A stretch of 64,000 bases of DNA, taken from the NCBI GenBank assembly GCA_900088475.1, contig FLMG01002775.1, forward strand, positions 50,120 through 114,119. The letters run 5' to 3'. The position numbers were made by a program, and so were the translations under genes. Below, piece after piece: positions 12,401 to 26,111 of this stretch. The notes under the pieces were generated by a model that was not told where the DNA came from, did no database searches, and was given only the letters and a program-made list of their open reading frames with translations. The DNA is from Hyphochytrium catenoides (Eukaryota; Protista; Hyphochytriomycota). Numbering within the stretch: the first letter of the stretch is position 1; every line of letters starts with the position of its first letter.

Positions 12401-15400
12401 CCTCCTCTCCCCTTCCCCTCTCCCCTCTCTTCCACCTCCCCTGGCTCCCCTCCAAACACAGGCACTCCACTCCCCCGCTAGGAGAGAAGTTGCACTACGG
12501 TCTGGACCCCTCCAGCACCCTCTTCACCTCTTTACGTCAGCCTCGAGGGATTGTGGCTGTCCTCGCCTTCAACCATAAGAGAAGGATTGCATATGGAGGT
12601 CTTTTTCCTCTCACCTAGATCTGGCTGTGAGCCTATGACATCCTTGATGACATATCTCTCCTCCCCTTGCTCCAGTTTGAGCTCAGCGTTCACAGAGCCC
12701 TTGATCGCCTTGTGGTCCTCTGGAGTAAGGTACAAATACCTGAATCCTCGGGTAGGGTCCTAACGACGGGGGGCAATGAAGGGCAGAATCAGGGTAACCA
12801 ATCGCGGAGGAGGCAGTGTCGAGTGAGGGAAGCGGACAAACATCAGCATTGGAGGTTAAAATGCTCCTAGGCATACTTGCGCTGGGACTGCGTTCCTGCT
12901 TCTTAGATAGCGAAGAACCATACCTGAGGGTCATTCCACGCCACCTTGAACTTCTCTTTGACCTCCTCTGCCATACCAATCCGAGCGCCGCTATTGGCGG
13001 CTAGGTAGACACGTGGCAGAGCACGTTCTCTGGCAAACCGGCTTGCAAAGTCGAATACCAGATCTTCTCGGGTGCCAAATGAGCCGGCCTGGGATTAAGT
13101 ATAGCGTTAGACAACAGGCAAAATTATATTCAGCAGAACTAGACTAGCACTAGATCACAGCACCATGACACCGCAAGAGAGCATAATAGCCCTACAGAGC
13201 GTCGGCTCTTCGTAAACAACTAAAGCCTGGAAAAGTATCGGTTCGGCGTGTCTTCTTACCTTGTGAGTGATGTCGTTGGCTATGATGACAACCTGTCGCC
13301 CACCCTCCTTCTCAGGAAACTCTGGAGTGTACATAGTGGCCAACCAGGCAACCATCCCCACGTCATTCTGGCCAGCCGAGCGCGTCATTGGAATTAACTC
13401 CAGATCTTCCGACTCTTCGGCCCGCCAAGGGCTAGACGTGTCCCCATTCTTTCGGCGAACGACCAACTCAACAGCCTATTTCAGGAATAATTCAGAGGAT
13501 CTGTCAAAGATGGGGAGAACTTCCGCGGAATATTCGATGCATAAAGATAATGGGACAAACCATAAACGTGGCGGTGGATAGGTAAGGCAGAGAATTAGAC
13601 GTTAGGTAAAAGTTAGGAAGCAGTGCCACACTTCACAGCAGTGGTTGTAACTCCTGAACTTACGTGTAGAGGTCTTCTAGGTAGCTGCACTGCCCTAATG
13701 TGCTTTCGAGGTTTGGTGTGCTCCTTCCACAGGTGCAATAACGCACGCTCGAATAACTCCAAGAAGTCGTAACAATAGAGGGTGTCCGACATGCGGGCTA
13801 TAGAGATGAAATGGGAACCCAGGTGCAAGAGGCGGTAGTGAGATGGCTTTTACAACGATACAGCCAAAGCAAGCCGTCACCACCACGGACACGTAAGGTG
13901 CGAAGGTTTCGTACCTGCCAGCTCTCTCAGACGTTGAAGTGGGTCGACAACTGGGTACGGAGTAGTGAGAGGAAGCCCATCCAATTCGCCAGTATGAAAA
14001 TCCTCGCCAACGGATGTGAAGATAGGCTGAGTGGAAGCAACAGCGATTAGAATTCGAGTCCGCCGCCAAACAGAAATAGGCCACAATATCAAGTTCTATC
14101 TGACCTGATTGGTCTGCGGATCAACTGAAGCTTCAACGTATGCTTCGACTCTGAGGACATAACTGCATGTTCAGGAGGAAGAGAAGTAAGTGCCGGGATT
14201 GTATTTAACCAGAGTCGTAGTAACGCCATTTATTTTATGCCTTACCCTGTCGGGTTGGTTGCGATAAGCCTCATAGGAATCCGAGCAGACTCTGGCTTAA
14301 ACTTTGCATTGATCTTGAACTCCACCTCGGACACATTTAAGCGTCGGATGGCTTCCTCGTATCTGCAGGATAACAATACAGCTTAGACTTCTAAGAAGAA
14401 GATGGCCAAGAAGTATTTTTAGGGAGTCAAGCCTTCTCTATGCTTTGGCAAATCAGAGGTCCACAACAGTACCTCGTCGTTAAAATCTTGACGAACGCCT
14501 CAACGTAGGCAGGGTTAACCACTGCATCCGGGATGACTGATAGGAAGATGTGGTTGTTGCTATACTGTTGATATAAGATTCGTGCGTGCGCAAGGATAAG
14601 AAAGAAGGGTTAGAGTTAGTCCATTATTGAGCACTGGAGCAGTCAGCTTGTGTAAGCAGGTCCTCTAGTCAACAATCAGACTCCAACAGTACCACGCACC
14701 GCCAGAACAAACTTAATAGAGTAGCTGATCAAGCGGCAAAAACATTGAGCAACCGCTAGCTACTTGGCAACTTACTTCGCTGCTCTGTGCGCCATCACGC
14801 TGCGCCTCACCCAGAGCAATCTCCAGTGCATTGAGAGCTTCCACGAACATTCGCTCTGGTCCAGGATGTGAGTCGAGAGCTGCTTGACTCTCAGCATCGT
14901 CGACTCTAAGAAGAAGGGAAAGGTCATGGTTGAAGCACGAATTTTGTAAGAGGACTCGTAAGGATTGACAATCTCAGAAGTGACCGGCTCTAATGGTCCT
15001 TCTTACCTCTCTGCACTCCTCACTATGGCTCTGACGAAGAATCGTTTTTTGGTCGCTGCTGGGCCAGCAAGTCCCGCTTTTTGAGCGACATTTTTTTTTG
15101 GTCTGGCCTCGTAGATATGGATGGAGCGATCTTTGGTGGGGACCATTCTCACATTATAGTTGCTGAGCCGCTTTAGCTCAAGCTGATATGCGTGAGGAGC
15201 TTCCATGTGACGCACTATGGGGTCTTCCCTGTACTCCAGACGCTATATGGATACGATATATGGAGGAAGACAGTAAGTGTAAGTCAACGGAATCACGAGT
15301 GGAAAGGGAATAGGAGAGACTGTGATTATATAGGAAGTTGGATAGAAAATGCGAGGATGGCATAAGACGATGCTCAAGGTTCAGAGTGGACTGCGACAGC

Positions 15401-18400
15401 TTGCACTTGCCTGCCTAAAGGTATAAATGCTCGGATACTTGTAGGTCGTGACGTTCCTCCAGCCATCAATGGGCTTGCGTGTGGCTGGCACTGAGACCGT
15501 GAAGGTCACCCGGCGGATCCCCGCGGCTTCTAGTGAGGAAGTATTATCCTGTTGGTGTAGGGATCGTGGGTTACCAAACACAAGCACCGAGAAGGTAGAC
15601 CACTACGAGGTGATGGTCCTTACCTGCAGTACGCCTTCAATAACTTTAATGAGGCGGTCCTCCTCCCCTTCGCATTCTCCTGTGAGCGCAATATGCAGCG
15701 TATTAACCTTGCCAGCTGCCTGCTGACGAGGTTGCTTTCCGGTGGATCTTGGAGCCTAGTAGGAGATCGGGTCAGACACCATCGACCGGAGTGTTACAAA
15801 TTGCCACCGCAACATTCCCTCATCCAGTCGGCAGAGCAAATGCTACTTACGGTTTTAAGCACTGCGAGAAGTTTGGGAAGATGGTGCTCGAAATCCTTTA
15901 AAGTGCCCATTGATGCCATCAGTCCCCTGCATTCTGATACCTGAGCTGGCTGCAAAGGATACATCGTAATCCGTAGTTTAGCTCGTTCTTACCTGCGCAG
16001 GGTTTTAGCAGGAATGGGTGCTACCCATTCAGATGTCTCAGAGTCACTGCCGCTTAGCCGAGTGAGATCGGTCTTGGAAGCTCTGCGTCATAGTGCAAAT
16101 CGTTAACCTCCTGAAGCAGCAATGGAAAAGAAGATGCCCATCTTACCTTGTCGCTTGAAGAGAGCCACGTGTGAGGAGAGAGGACAGATCATCCGAAGAG
16201 TCTGCCGCCGTAAGAGCCGAAGATTCACTAGCGGTGAAGTCGAATACAGACCAAAGGACTCCATCCGAAATGTCAACAGTAAGCTACAAAGCCAAAGGAA
16301 GGAATTTTTATGAGCCCAAGCCAGAAGAAAAGTCATTTAGGTAACTTCTCAACAGCCACTTGTTCTACCTTATCAATGACATATGCCCTGTAAACTCGTC
16401 TGACGTAAGTCTCGATAGCGAGCTGGCGAAGGACCGGCTCTGGATGCTGAAACATCTCCAGGAGGAGGTCAAAGACAGGTTGGGACTCGTTGACGAGCTC
16501 ATCCACTTTGTAAGTCCGCAGCACAGGGTCTTGGCGGGCGAGAGATGACAGAGTTGTTAGACGGGGTAGAAAAGGTTAAGGTAAGCAGGGATATATGAAA
16601 CGGAGTGAGTACGATGGGCAGAGACCATCAGGCTGAAGAGGACGATGCAACGCGAATAAACCATACCTGAATCGGGTACTGAGGCAGCACTTTTTAGGAC
16701 GCCTTCGACCATGGATCTGCGGTGAGAGTAGGATGGTATCCTTTCATTGAGGAGCATCTGCCGAGCTTCCAGGGCAACCAACGAATAGCTTTTCCCATGG
16801 AGTTGAGAGAGCTTCTTCAGGGTGGTGAGGTAGGGGCTTATAGCAGAATTCGCGCGCTTGTCGTCGCCTATCAAAAGCAGTGTGTGTGTGTGTGTTAGTC
16901 ACAGGCTGGGCATCACTTTAGGGGATCTCAGTGTCCATTTTTTTTTGTAATGCCAACACTCCCCGTTGGAAGAAGAAGATAGGCCATTACTGCACTCTGT
17001 GATACAAACCACACCTCTCTGAGTAGGTATCTCACCTGCCGAGTCGCTGCTTGAAACCTTGCTTTGGATTCTTCTCAGCAGCGCGAGGCACAATGCATTC
17101 TTTTCCTTCAGCTTCTGATGACTCTGCGCTATGGTGAAGACCTGAGAGAGATCATTTCGATAGGTAGCTCGAAGGGCGGTAATCATGTCCTCATCATGCC
17201 TCAGGTCCTCTGGCATTCAAAGGAAAGGAAGAGGGAAGTGGGTCAGATGAGGCAAACTAACAAACCTGCTTCCGCTTGAAGGGACAGCACTTCCTCTCTT
17301 TTCTGTCTAGGGCAATATTCGGTTTTGGACTAAAGCACGATATCTTGCTTCCATACCGTTTGCAAAGAAGCTCTCGGCCTTGAGATATTCGGTGACAATG
17401 CTTATGATAACACTGGCGGTGTAGCTCTGCACACCTCCACAGTGGTTCTGAATCACCTGCCGGAGAGATTGACAGGTGTTTCTGTATGCTGCTGCATTCC
17501 TTGCTGACATGCCAGCGGCGCCAGAGTCAAGAACCTCCAGGGCCTGTCACAAGTATTGACTATCAGGAACTCGTCTCCTCTACACACAAAGCGATGTACT
17601 ACTCACCTTGCAGGCATCAAAGTCAACGGTGTTGGTAGAGTTTTCACGATAGATAGAGACCATGTGCAGTAACTCATCGTAGACCTCTGCGGGAATTCGA
17701 CCAGCCAGGGCTGATAGGGCTTCCTCCACCTCGAATGGTGCAACCATCCGGGAGAGGGATGACTCTTCACTTAGTAGAGCATCCAAGTCCGTGAGCGCTT
17801 CTTCCTCCATCTCCTTAGGCATCATATAGCCACTCATGATGCTCTTCAGTACATTCACTGCGCCTCTGACGATCATGTGTGGCTTCAGCTTGGACCGACT
17901 ATTCATGGTCGGGGCGGGAAGTGTGCCGTCAAAGACCTAGATAACGAAGACACGTAAGAGTATGAACTAGGTACAAAGGCAGAGACGGTCCACCATCAAG
18001 ACCAAGTGCCACTTCAGGACCACGAGAGCGAACAAATTGTATAGTCAAAGCTACCTTGCTTTTTTGCACACATGAAGGGTCATCCAAAACGACTGTTGCT
18101 AAGCAATCCCCAGGAGAGATATTGGCGCCTTCTGACATGAGCAGAGTGATGGTACCACTTTCTTGGACGACGAGAGGCATGTACATCTTCATGACCTGAG
18201 GCAAAAAGATGGTAGATGGAGTGTTCAATGAGGATTGTAAGCGATCAGAAAAGTATGCTGATGTTTTTAGCGACTTTAAGTATAAATAGTAGGAACTGTG
18301 CCGAGCATATGGAACTTCACGACAGGTTCTCTTACCTCCACCTCCACGAAAGGTGTTCCTTTGGCTACCCAAGCCCCATCTTCTACAAGATACCGGGCAA

Positions 18401-21400
18401 TCTTTCCGGTTGCATCAGTAGTGAGCCGAGTAGGGTCGTACTCGTTCGTGAACTGACTTGTCTGACCGTCCAGGACCAACCGAAGGCCTGCTGCTTCCTT
18501 ATGTAGGTAGGCTACATGGGACTTTCCATCGTAAAGGACCAGAAACCTGCATAAGGCCATGATATAAAAATGTGACTTCCAAGAAGGTATGCGCTGAAGG
18601 AGAATGGACGAAAAGATTGGACCCCAACACCGACACTAGTGGAGACATTACCCGCCGTCGCTTAGCATGCGGACATCCGCCTGCACGAAGGATCCATTGC
18701 ACTCAATGCTAAACGTGCTGGGACCGCTCTCGTGGGCTGTCATCATGTACTTGGCCCCTTGATATATAATCTCAATGCTTTGAGATTGACGAAGCAACTC
18801 CAAGGGAGGCACTTGTCCACGCTGGATAGTGAGAATAGCGGAGAGGGCATAAAACTGTTAGTCAAACGGCCGCCATCCCTTCGCTCATATTCTGAACATC
18901 CCTCACTCTTCCCCGTCTACTCTAACCTGAAGAAGACCATTGAACTCCTGTCTGCGCGCCATGGCTGATTTAAAGGCTTGCACTAGAGCTCCAACCGTGA
19001 CAACAAGTAGAGCACTTTGTCCCGTTTCCTCCTTTTCAAACTCCCTGTAGCGCGCGATGCGCTGGTCCAGCCAAGACGTATCGATGTTGTTCTTGATGAA
19101 GTCATCAGACTCCATCATCTTTGCGATGTACTCTACGGTCGTGCGGATATCGCCGCGAATTGACAGTTCCTGTTTCCGTTTGGAAGTTGTGAGAGTTAGG
19201 AACTAAGTCGATTACACTCGTGCTTCTAAGTGATCGCGATTGAGTGTCGCCTCCGTTGCACTTCAGTTATCCCCTTAGAACTGATTCTTCTCGTTAACTA
19301 CTCTATACTGACCTTCAGGGCAAGAATGATGTTCTTCCTTGCGCGCTCTCTGCTAGCTCCCCAGGCGAACAGATGCCCAATTTGGCTGGCAGATGCAGGA
19401 CCATTAGGAGAGGGTAAATCAATCAGAGATCGGTATGGTGAGCACCTGGAAGGTCCTATAAATGCCGTCAATAAATGCAAAGTCACGGTACCTGTCTGCA
19501 AATTCATGGACTCTTCCCGACGAATCCACTGAGAAATATCCCCAGACATCTGGAGTACTGCGGAAGTTCAGCTCCTCGATCGCGCCACTCGTAGGCTTAA
19601 ATCCAGCATCAGGATTCTCTAAAAATTTACGGAGAAGTACAATCAAAGGAATGCGCTACGAGGGGTAGTAAAGATAACACGGATACCACAGAGAAGCAAT
19701 GTGCGGTCTGGGTAACATCGTTCTCAGCAACAGACCAGCGATAACATGGTTAACACATTCATCAAGCGCTGAAGAACCTTGCAGTTAAAAATAACAAACA
19801 GGAACAAAAAGAAAGTCCGCGTGGAAGGCAAAGTGAGGCAAAGGACCCTTTACCGGCTGTAATGCGTGCAGCAATGACGTGTCCCTCCGGGGGCTTTTGT
19901 GGCTCGGTATCAAAGTCGATCATGCTGGACGAGAAAGGATCGTGAAGGTACAACCGCCGAATGTCTGTCGCCATCCATGCTCTCTTAGTCACGATCTATA
20001 ATCTAGCAATATGAGATCACCTTAGCAACGTGAAGCTGCTTACCTGGGATTCTGTATAATGGAATCCCCATCGCCACTTGGAGCTGCGCTGCTGGAAGGT
20101 TGACGCCAGTGATCATTTCTGTCACGGGATGCTCCACCTATGGCACAATTCTCGGTGATTAGATATACAACGAGGGCTTCTCATTGGTTTCCTTTTGAAA
20201 GGAGATTACCTGAAGTCGTGGGTTGAGTTCTAAGAAGAAGAATTCTTTCTTGTCACCATCGTCTGTATAGAGGTATTCCACAGTTCCCGCATTGACGTAC
20301 TGGACTTCTTTAGCTAGACGGACGGCGGCGCGTTCCATGCTGGCCCAAATATCATCAGGCGCAGCAACAACAGGCCCTGAAGACGGGCGATGGTGAGACA
20401 AATTGGGGACTGACAGAAGGGAAACTCAGAGAAAGGGACCATGATTATACTCCATAACAAAGCGGTAATATTTCGCAAAAGCAATCCTAGGGACGGCCCA
20501 AGCTCACCTTCCTCAACAATCTTCTGGTGGCGACGCTGCACAGAGCAGTCACGGCCCCGAAGGGCCACGGCATTGCCATAGGCATCGGCCAGCAGCTGCA
20601 CCTCAAGATGCCGAGACCGCGGACAAAGCTTCATGACAAAGATCGGAGAGCCGGGGATCTCACCCTGAACGGCAGTGAATGCCGCCGCGATGTCTTTTTC
20701 AGCGGTCACTTTGCGAATTCCTTTTCCGCCTGAAAGAGAGTTATTAGGTCGCTAGGAAGTAGCTTCGCCGCAAGCGTGACAGAGGGTAGGTAATTTCGCC
20801 TTACCTCCACCTTCGCTAGCTTTTATCATGACGGGTAGCCCCACTCTCTCGCAAGCCGAGATGGCCTCTTCCACAGTCTTCACGTTGGCTTGATCATAGA
20901 TGGAGTCTGGTATACAACCCGCGGACGAGTAATCCACAGTGATCCCATCTCCATTCCAAGCGATAGTTGGCACTCTGGCAGACTGAGCAATGATTGTTGA
21001 CCCGATCTTATCTCCAAGGGCTCTCATAGGCTTGCCTGGTGGCCCGATAAAGACGATGCCTCGCTCTGTGTGCTTTAATGTATCGGGGAGAAGGGGATTT
21101 TCGCTCGCATGGCCCCAGCCAGCCCAAACGGCATCCACTTCAAACCTTTCCGCTATCTCAACAATCAACATGACGTTGGCATAGTTGTTGTTGTTAGACC
21201 CTCCAGGCACTTCTACAACTTGATCGGCCATGCGGATATATTCCGCGTTAGCCCGCAGGTCCTCAGGCGTGGCCATTACAAGGAACTCAACCTAGTCAAA
21301 CGATGGATAAAGCAGTCAGAAGGGAGACAGAGGTTTGTGAACGAGGACTACCCACCATCCTCTCGTTGCCAAACATCTCGTACGACCATCTTCGGATCGA

Positions 21401-21688
21401 TCGGATGCACTTGACAGCTGAGATTCCATTATTTGCTATCAGGATCTTGTTAATAGACCGATTGCCTCCAAGCTGCGTGACATAGTCATCGACAGACAAG
21501 AAAGTAAATCCTAGCAAGATGCGGTCAAGGTTACTCTCACATTATGAGACGATGATTGGGAAGAACCTACCGCCACTGCTGCTTCTGTTGCGAACCTCTA
21601 CATGGTCCTGTTGCACCTCATCTTCACCAATCTTCCCAAGTTTCTGCAGAGCAACTCCGCTCATGCTGCGGGAGGGAGCGGCCGGCAT
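9489..21688 (-). CDS. ACC: Multidomain (eukaryotic-type) acetyl-CoA carboxylase, probably cytosolic, about 40 introns
   Basis: BC domain [27 protein letters not shown]|[23 protein letters not shown]|VEHP; biotin-attachment E|VMKM; CT domain ANDITHK|[33 protein letters not shown]|[19 protein letters not shown] at 21688, TAG at 9489-9491. The N-terminus is short and hydrophilic with no signal peptide. Confidence 0.98.
15243..15410 (-). other. GC-AG intron in ACC
   Basis: CAG|GCAAGT donor and ATATAG acceptor restore YPSIYTFRQ|[12 protein letters not shown], which matches the conserved ACC central-domain motif. Confidence 0.85.
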
Positions 21689-22967
21689 GGTTCTTGCTTT
21701 GACTTCAGTGTCTAGGCCTCGGGATCATGAATTTCTCGCGTGTGCTCTGGATAACGTTATTAAAAAGCACTTCTATCCTTTCTTAGTGCCTGGCACCAGA
21801 AGACTGCGATCTCCAGGTTAGCTGGGGAATGCGTTTCATAGACTGTCGCCAAGAAGACAGCGCTGGATTGAAGATGAAGATGATGCCACCAGCTTGAGAA
21901 GGTAAGTTCCCTTGTGGGTAGTTACCCCGTTAGCACTGCCTGCACTTGGACGAAGCAGAGCAACTGCAAGGGGAGGTCCAGGCTAATCCTCTCTCTTCTC
22001 CCGTCAGGTTTTCCTCCTCCGGCTTGCTAGAACTAGTTCTTTTCCCGTCAGCCCAGGAATAGTTCGAAAGGACCATCAGCTCTTTGACTTGACACTTGAG
22101 CTCTCTCCCTTGACTTGAGGATGGGGAGGACCGAGACCAAGGCTTCAGGACACAGGTTGACCATCGTAACACCGACAGCCCTTCGTCGTAAAAGGTAATG
22201 TAGTTCTTACCTACCTGAAGATATGCCGACCAAGCTAACTCCACAGTTCTGTCCCGGTACTTCTTGCCCTGTAGGTGTACCGCCAGCAATCTAGAGGACG
22301 TAGGAAGGAAGGGGGAGGACAGGGAAGCCCTTCCCCAGCCTCTGATTCGCTCAATCTTGCAATAGTCTACCTCTCCACTTCGCCCCTTCATCTTGTGCGG
22401 CTGTTGCTAAGGACTTTGTACACATACCTTGACTCTATCTTACTTGACTTGACTCTGACTGTTGACAGATATCTCTGGTGTTTCCTCTCTCTGTGGGGGT
22501 TGTTATCCTTGATCCTTGCTACTTGCTACTTTGCACCTTGACTAGGATCTACCCCCAGTCTCCTCGAAAGCACCGAAAAACGTCAATTTGGGGCCTCTCA
22601 CCTCCATGTGCCCAGTGGTTCCCCCATGTCAGAAGTTAGAATTATTTGAGGTCAGAACCGTCGGCCTCCCTGTTTCGACTCATGTTGTGGGTTACGACGC
22701 TACTTTGTCGAACTACATGTTCCAACACAGGAATTCCAAATCGTGAGTATGGGAGTTCTAGGATATAATCAAGGTAGGTCTTCTAGATTCGTAATGTGAA
22801 GAAGTGAGTTTGAGATGAGGATGTAACATGCTGTTGATAGCCTACGTGGGTGGGATATGTGCTAACCTCTGTGAAAGCCTGGGACGGGTGTGTACAATCT
22901 TGTAGATCTAGGTCTGGAATGTGAAGTCATCCAGTGCTTGGTGACTACCTCATCAATCCCTGAAACC

Positions 22968-23027
22968 TGATTGGCTGTGATGCACGACGTCGTGACATTT
23001 GGGCTTTTTCACGGCCTATGATTGGCT
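22968..23027 (-). promoter_or_regulatory. Two AGCCAATCA (NF-Y/CCAAT-type) boxes flanking a perfect 12-bp palindrome CACGACGTCGTG
   Basis: TGATTGGCT at 22968-22976 and 23019-23027; palindrome at 22983-22994; about 1.3 kb upstream of the ACC start codon. Confidence 0.5.
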
Positions 23028-26000
23028 AGATTCCTGTTGAATGGCCTTGAGCGACCAGCGGTACCATCATCAGATCATCCGCTGCCTTGATTGAGTGAGA
23101 TCTTCATTACGAAGATGTGATAAAGCAGCAATAATTGTACTTGTCAGTGGCCTTAGGAAGCCTTTCATCGGCAGCTCGAGTTTGCCCAGCTGTTTGACCT
23201 GACCCTTCTCCTTCGTTTTCGTAGAAGTGGCCAATCCTGATGCTCAGGCTCTGCTCCACAAAGATGCGCTCTATCTTTTATAAAAACTACGCAATGGGTA
23301 AGTCTCCGTCTCGCATTACTTCTATGTCTACGTGTAGAGGTGTACCAGCTAGCACCATCACCACCGGGCCGATTGAAGGTCATAAACAAAGGTATCAAGG
23401 AGGAACAAGTAAACCATCGCCAACTTAGCTACGGCATTGCACTCTGGGATACATTGTACCGTCCTAATCCTCCCAGTAAGCGGGAGGGGAGCTACTTGTT
23501 ATTGGACAAGAGGTTGATCCTGGTCGTGAGGTAACCCTTTTTGACAGAGATATTCGTCTGTTAACGACGGGTAGCCTCAAGTAAAATAGGACATCGGCAT
23601 TCATCTCCCTCTGACCATCTGTCATTCTTAACCGCACCACAAAGCTAGTCCAGGGTTCTTGACTGAAATCAAGGGCGTTTGCTAATGATAGATACAAGCG
23701 TAATGAAGGTGACACTCGACAGTAGATTAAGAAAAAAACAGTCACCTTTATAAAGCTGATATCACATAAGCACTTGAGTTGCCAAAAGATTCGTGAAGTG
23801 ATCCACGCCTTCGCCGGCCTACGTGGCATGCAGAAGACGAACCGGTTATGCGCAAAGAATAGCTCCACCTCGCTTTCTGGCCATTTATGCTATGAGGTAG
23901 TTGTGTACTCAAAAGAGGCATTAGAATAATGCGCTCAACATTCCCAGCGACTGTGCTCTGGTAGCTAGGGTCTACGAGAACTACAATGTGGACTTACTAC
24001 TCAGCAGGCACCTAGCAAAGACGCTGTCTCGGCTGGGTTAGAGGTATGTGCATCCAGCTGGATAAGGCGTGGAGGAAGGTTGAGTCCATGTAACCGACCC
24101 CCGCAACTTTCCTTCGTGGAGATGAGTTTATCTGCTTGAGACTGGGACCGCTCATAGTGGCACTCTTGACTGAACTTCGAGCACTTTACCCACTTTAAGC
24201 TGACCCTTAATACTCCGTAGTATCAGAACTGTAGCCATTGAGGATGGTGATACGAAAGTAGACTTACTTAGGTCACAGAGACGTGAACGCAACTATTGTG
24301 CCCGGAATATAACTCACAAAAGCTGGAGTAATATAATTGCCTGGTCAAGAGTAGCCTTAAGGTGGTACCCTCGTGAAGGGCTAAAGAAGCTTTCCTGAGA
24401 CCATCACTGTGAAAGCAAGTGGAGGTACGTGCGGTTGTCTGACATACCCAGATAAATGGTCTACGCGCCAGGCTTATGGGTTGGGTATGCGACTTGAGCG
24501 ATCAGAGCGCCAGTGGCTCTATGGTAATGAAATGGTCGCTTGATAAGGGTAGGAACAGCTTTTGATCCCAAAACAATGTTAGAAAGCTCGGCGCGGCCTT
24601 GAAGTGTATGGGCTGAAGTTCGTCCTTAGTAAACCCAGACCACCCGTCCTATCCAGTCTCACCTAATCACATACAATCAATGAGGATGGATAAGCAAAGA
24701 CCAAGAAGACCACGGACAAGCGGGTAAGCGTTCATGCCGCTAATAGTCGCCGACCTAAGCGGAACTGAGTGGTAGACCTTTCTCATTTCCTCGGCACCTG
24801 TATGCTGTTCTTCGCACGGTTATGCATGTGCAACAACTAACTCCATATCTAGCTGACATTCATGGAGGTGACAGATATCACAGTCATCGGCTTCGATGAG
24901 CTTGTCACTGAACTTGTCGCTGAGAGCCATGTTGGCGTGAGAAAACTCTTTAGGACTAGCAGAATAGTAGTGCCTTCCTCAGAGTTGCTGAAAGGGTGTT
25001 ATACTTTCAAAATTAACACGCGATCTCTGTAACAACCTATATATTTTTGATGATTATTGCTGGCAACGCTACCTCCTCAATTTTGCGGCTTTGGTCCAAA
25101 CTCAATGAAACTTGCACCAGCCCTCATCGTGCATATAGATAGTTCTCCAAGCACCGGCAATAGAGTTGTGAACGTAATAGCCTGCAGAAGCGTGGCAAAA
25201 GGTGTTGTGATTGGCGCTGAAGACGGTGATTTGGGGTCGCCCTCGACATACAAAATCTTCAATAGGGACTATCGTGAAGCTGGGCACAGATTTTTGATCC
25301 TGAATAAGAGATCTATAATCCTAGATTAATACCACCCTTGCCATAATTCCGCATTTCCTCACTTGGGCAACGCCATACTGCCATACAACAAGGTTGCTAT
25401 TGTACAGAGATTAGGTCAAACGAAGAGTGTACTCCTGGGGGAGGCTTGATAGTATAGTAGGGTGTCAGATGTCAGACAATGGATTATTGACTTTTGCTCT
25501 TATCATGGGTCCCGACTATTATTGCAACAACCGGCGAAATGGGAGGGTATCCGGCTAGTATTATTAATCGGTGGCATTTCTTGTTTGCCCTGAAGAGAGC
25601 GTAGGGTCTCTTAGATAGGGGGTGGCGGCGGTAGGATACCAAGGCCCTCTCTCCTCTCTTTACCTATGCTCGGCCAGGCGGGGCTGCGGGGGAGCTGATT
25701 GAGGTCCCAAGCCACCAGTAGTGAAAGGGCGGACTCCGCAGGAAAGAAGAAGGGGAAGCCCTAACACCTTCTTCAGCTTTTGGCAATCTTTCATTCCTTG
25801 AGCAGTGTGGAGGTTTCGAGGTGATGAGCGCTTATTGATCGGGGTCGGGTTCTGGAGATCCTCTAGTTCTAATGTCTGTCAGTTTTTAACGGTGATAAGC
25901 TTTCTGAGATCGAAAGTCTATCGCCTGGGCTGTCTACGTGACCACACCTCGAGAAGCTTAAGGGGAGTCTTACCAGGCACAAACTCGCTATCGTAACAAG

Positions 26001-26111
26001 ACCTAGCAGCAATTACCATTGGCCTAGTCTAACGCAGCTGAAGCTTACTCCTATCTTTGGATCCGTTCGTATCCCAGGGCCAAGAAGTCGCACATTTGCT
26101 TCTCTAGTAAT

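Noticed and set aside
21500-21700. Plastid-targeted ACC
   Set aside because: The predicted N-terminus is short and hydrophilic with no signal peptide, although an alternative upstream exon cannot be excluded.
23464-23868. AKAWITSRIF resembling the AWMT motif of pogo/DDE_1 transposases
   Set aside because: No accompanying catalytic D motifs or terminal inverted repeats were seen.
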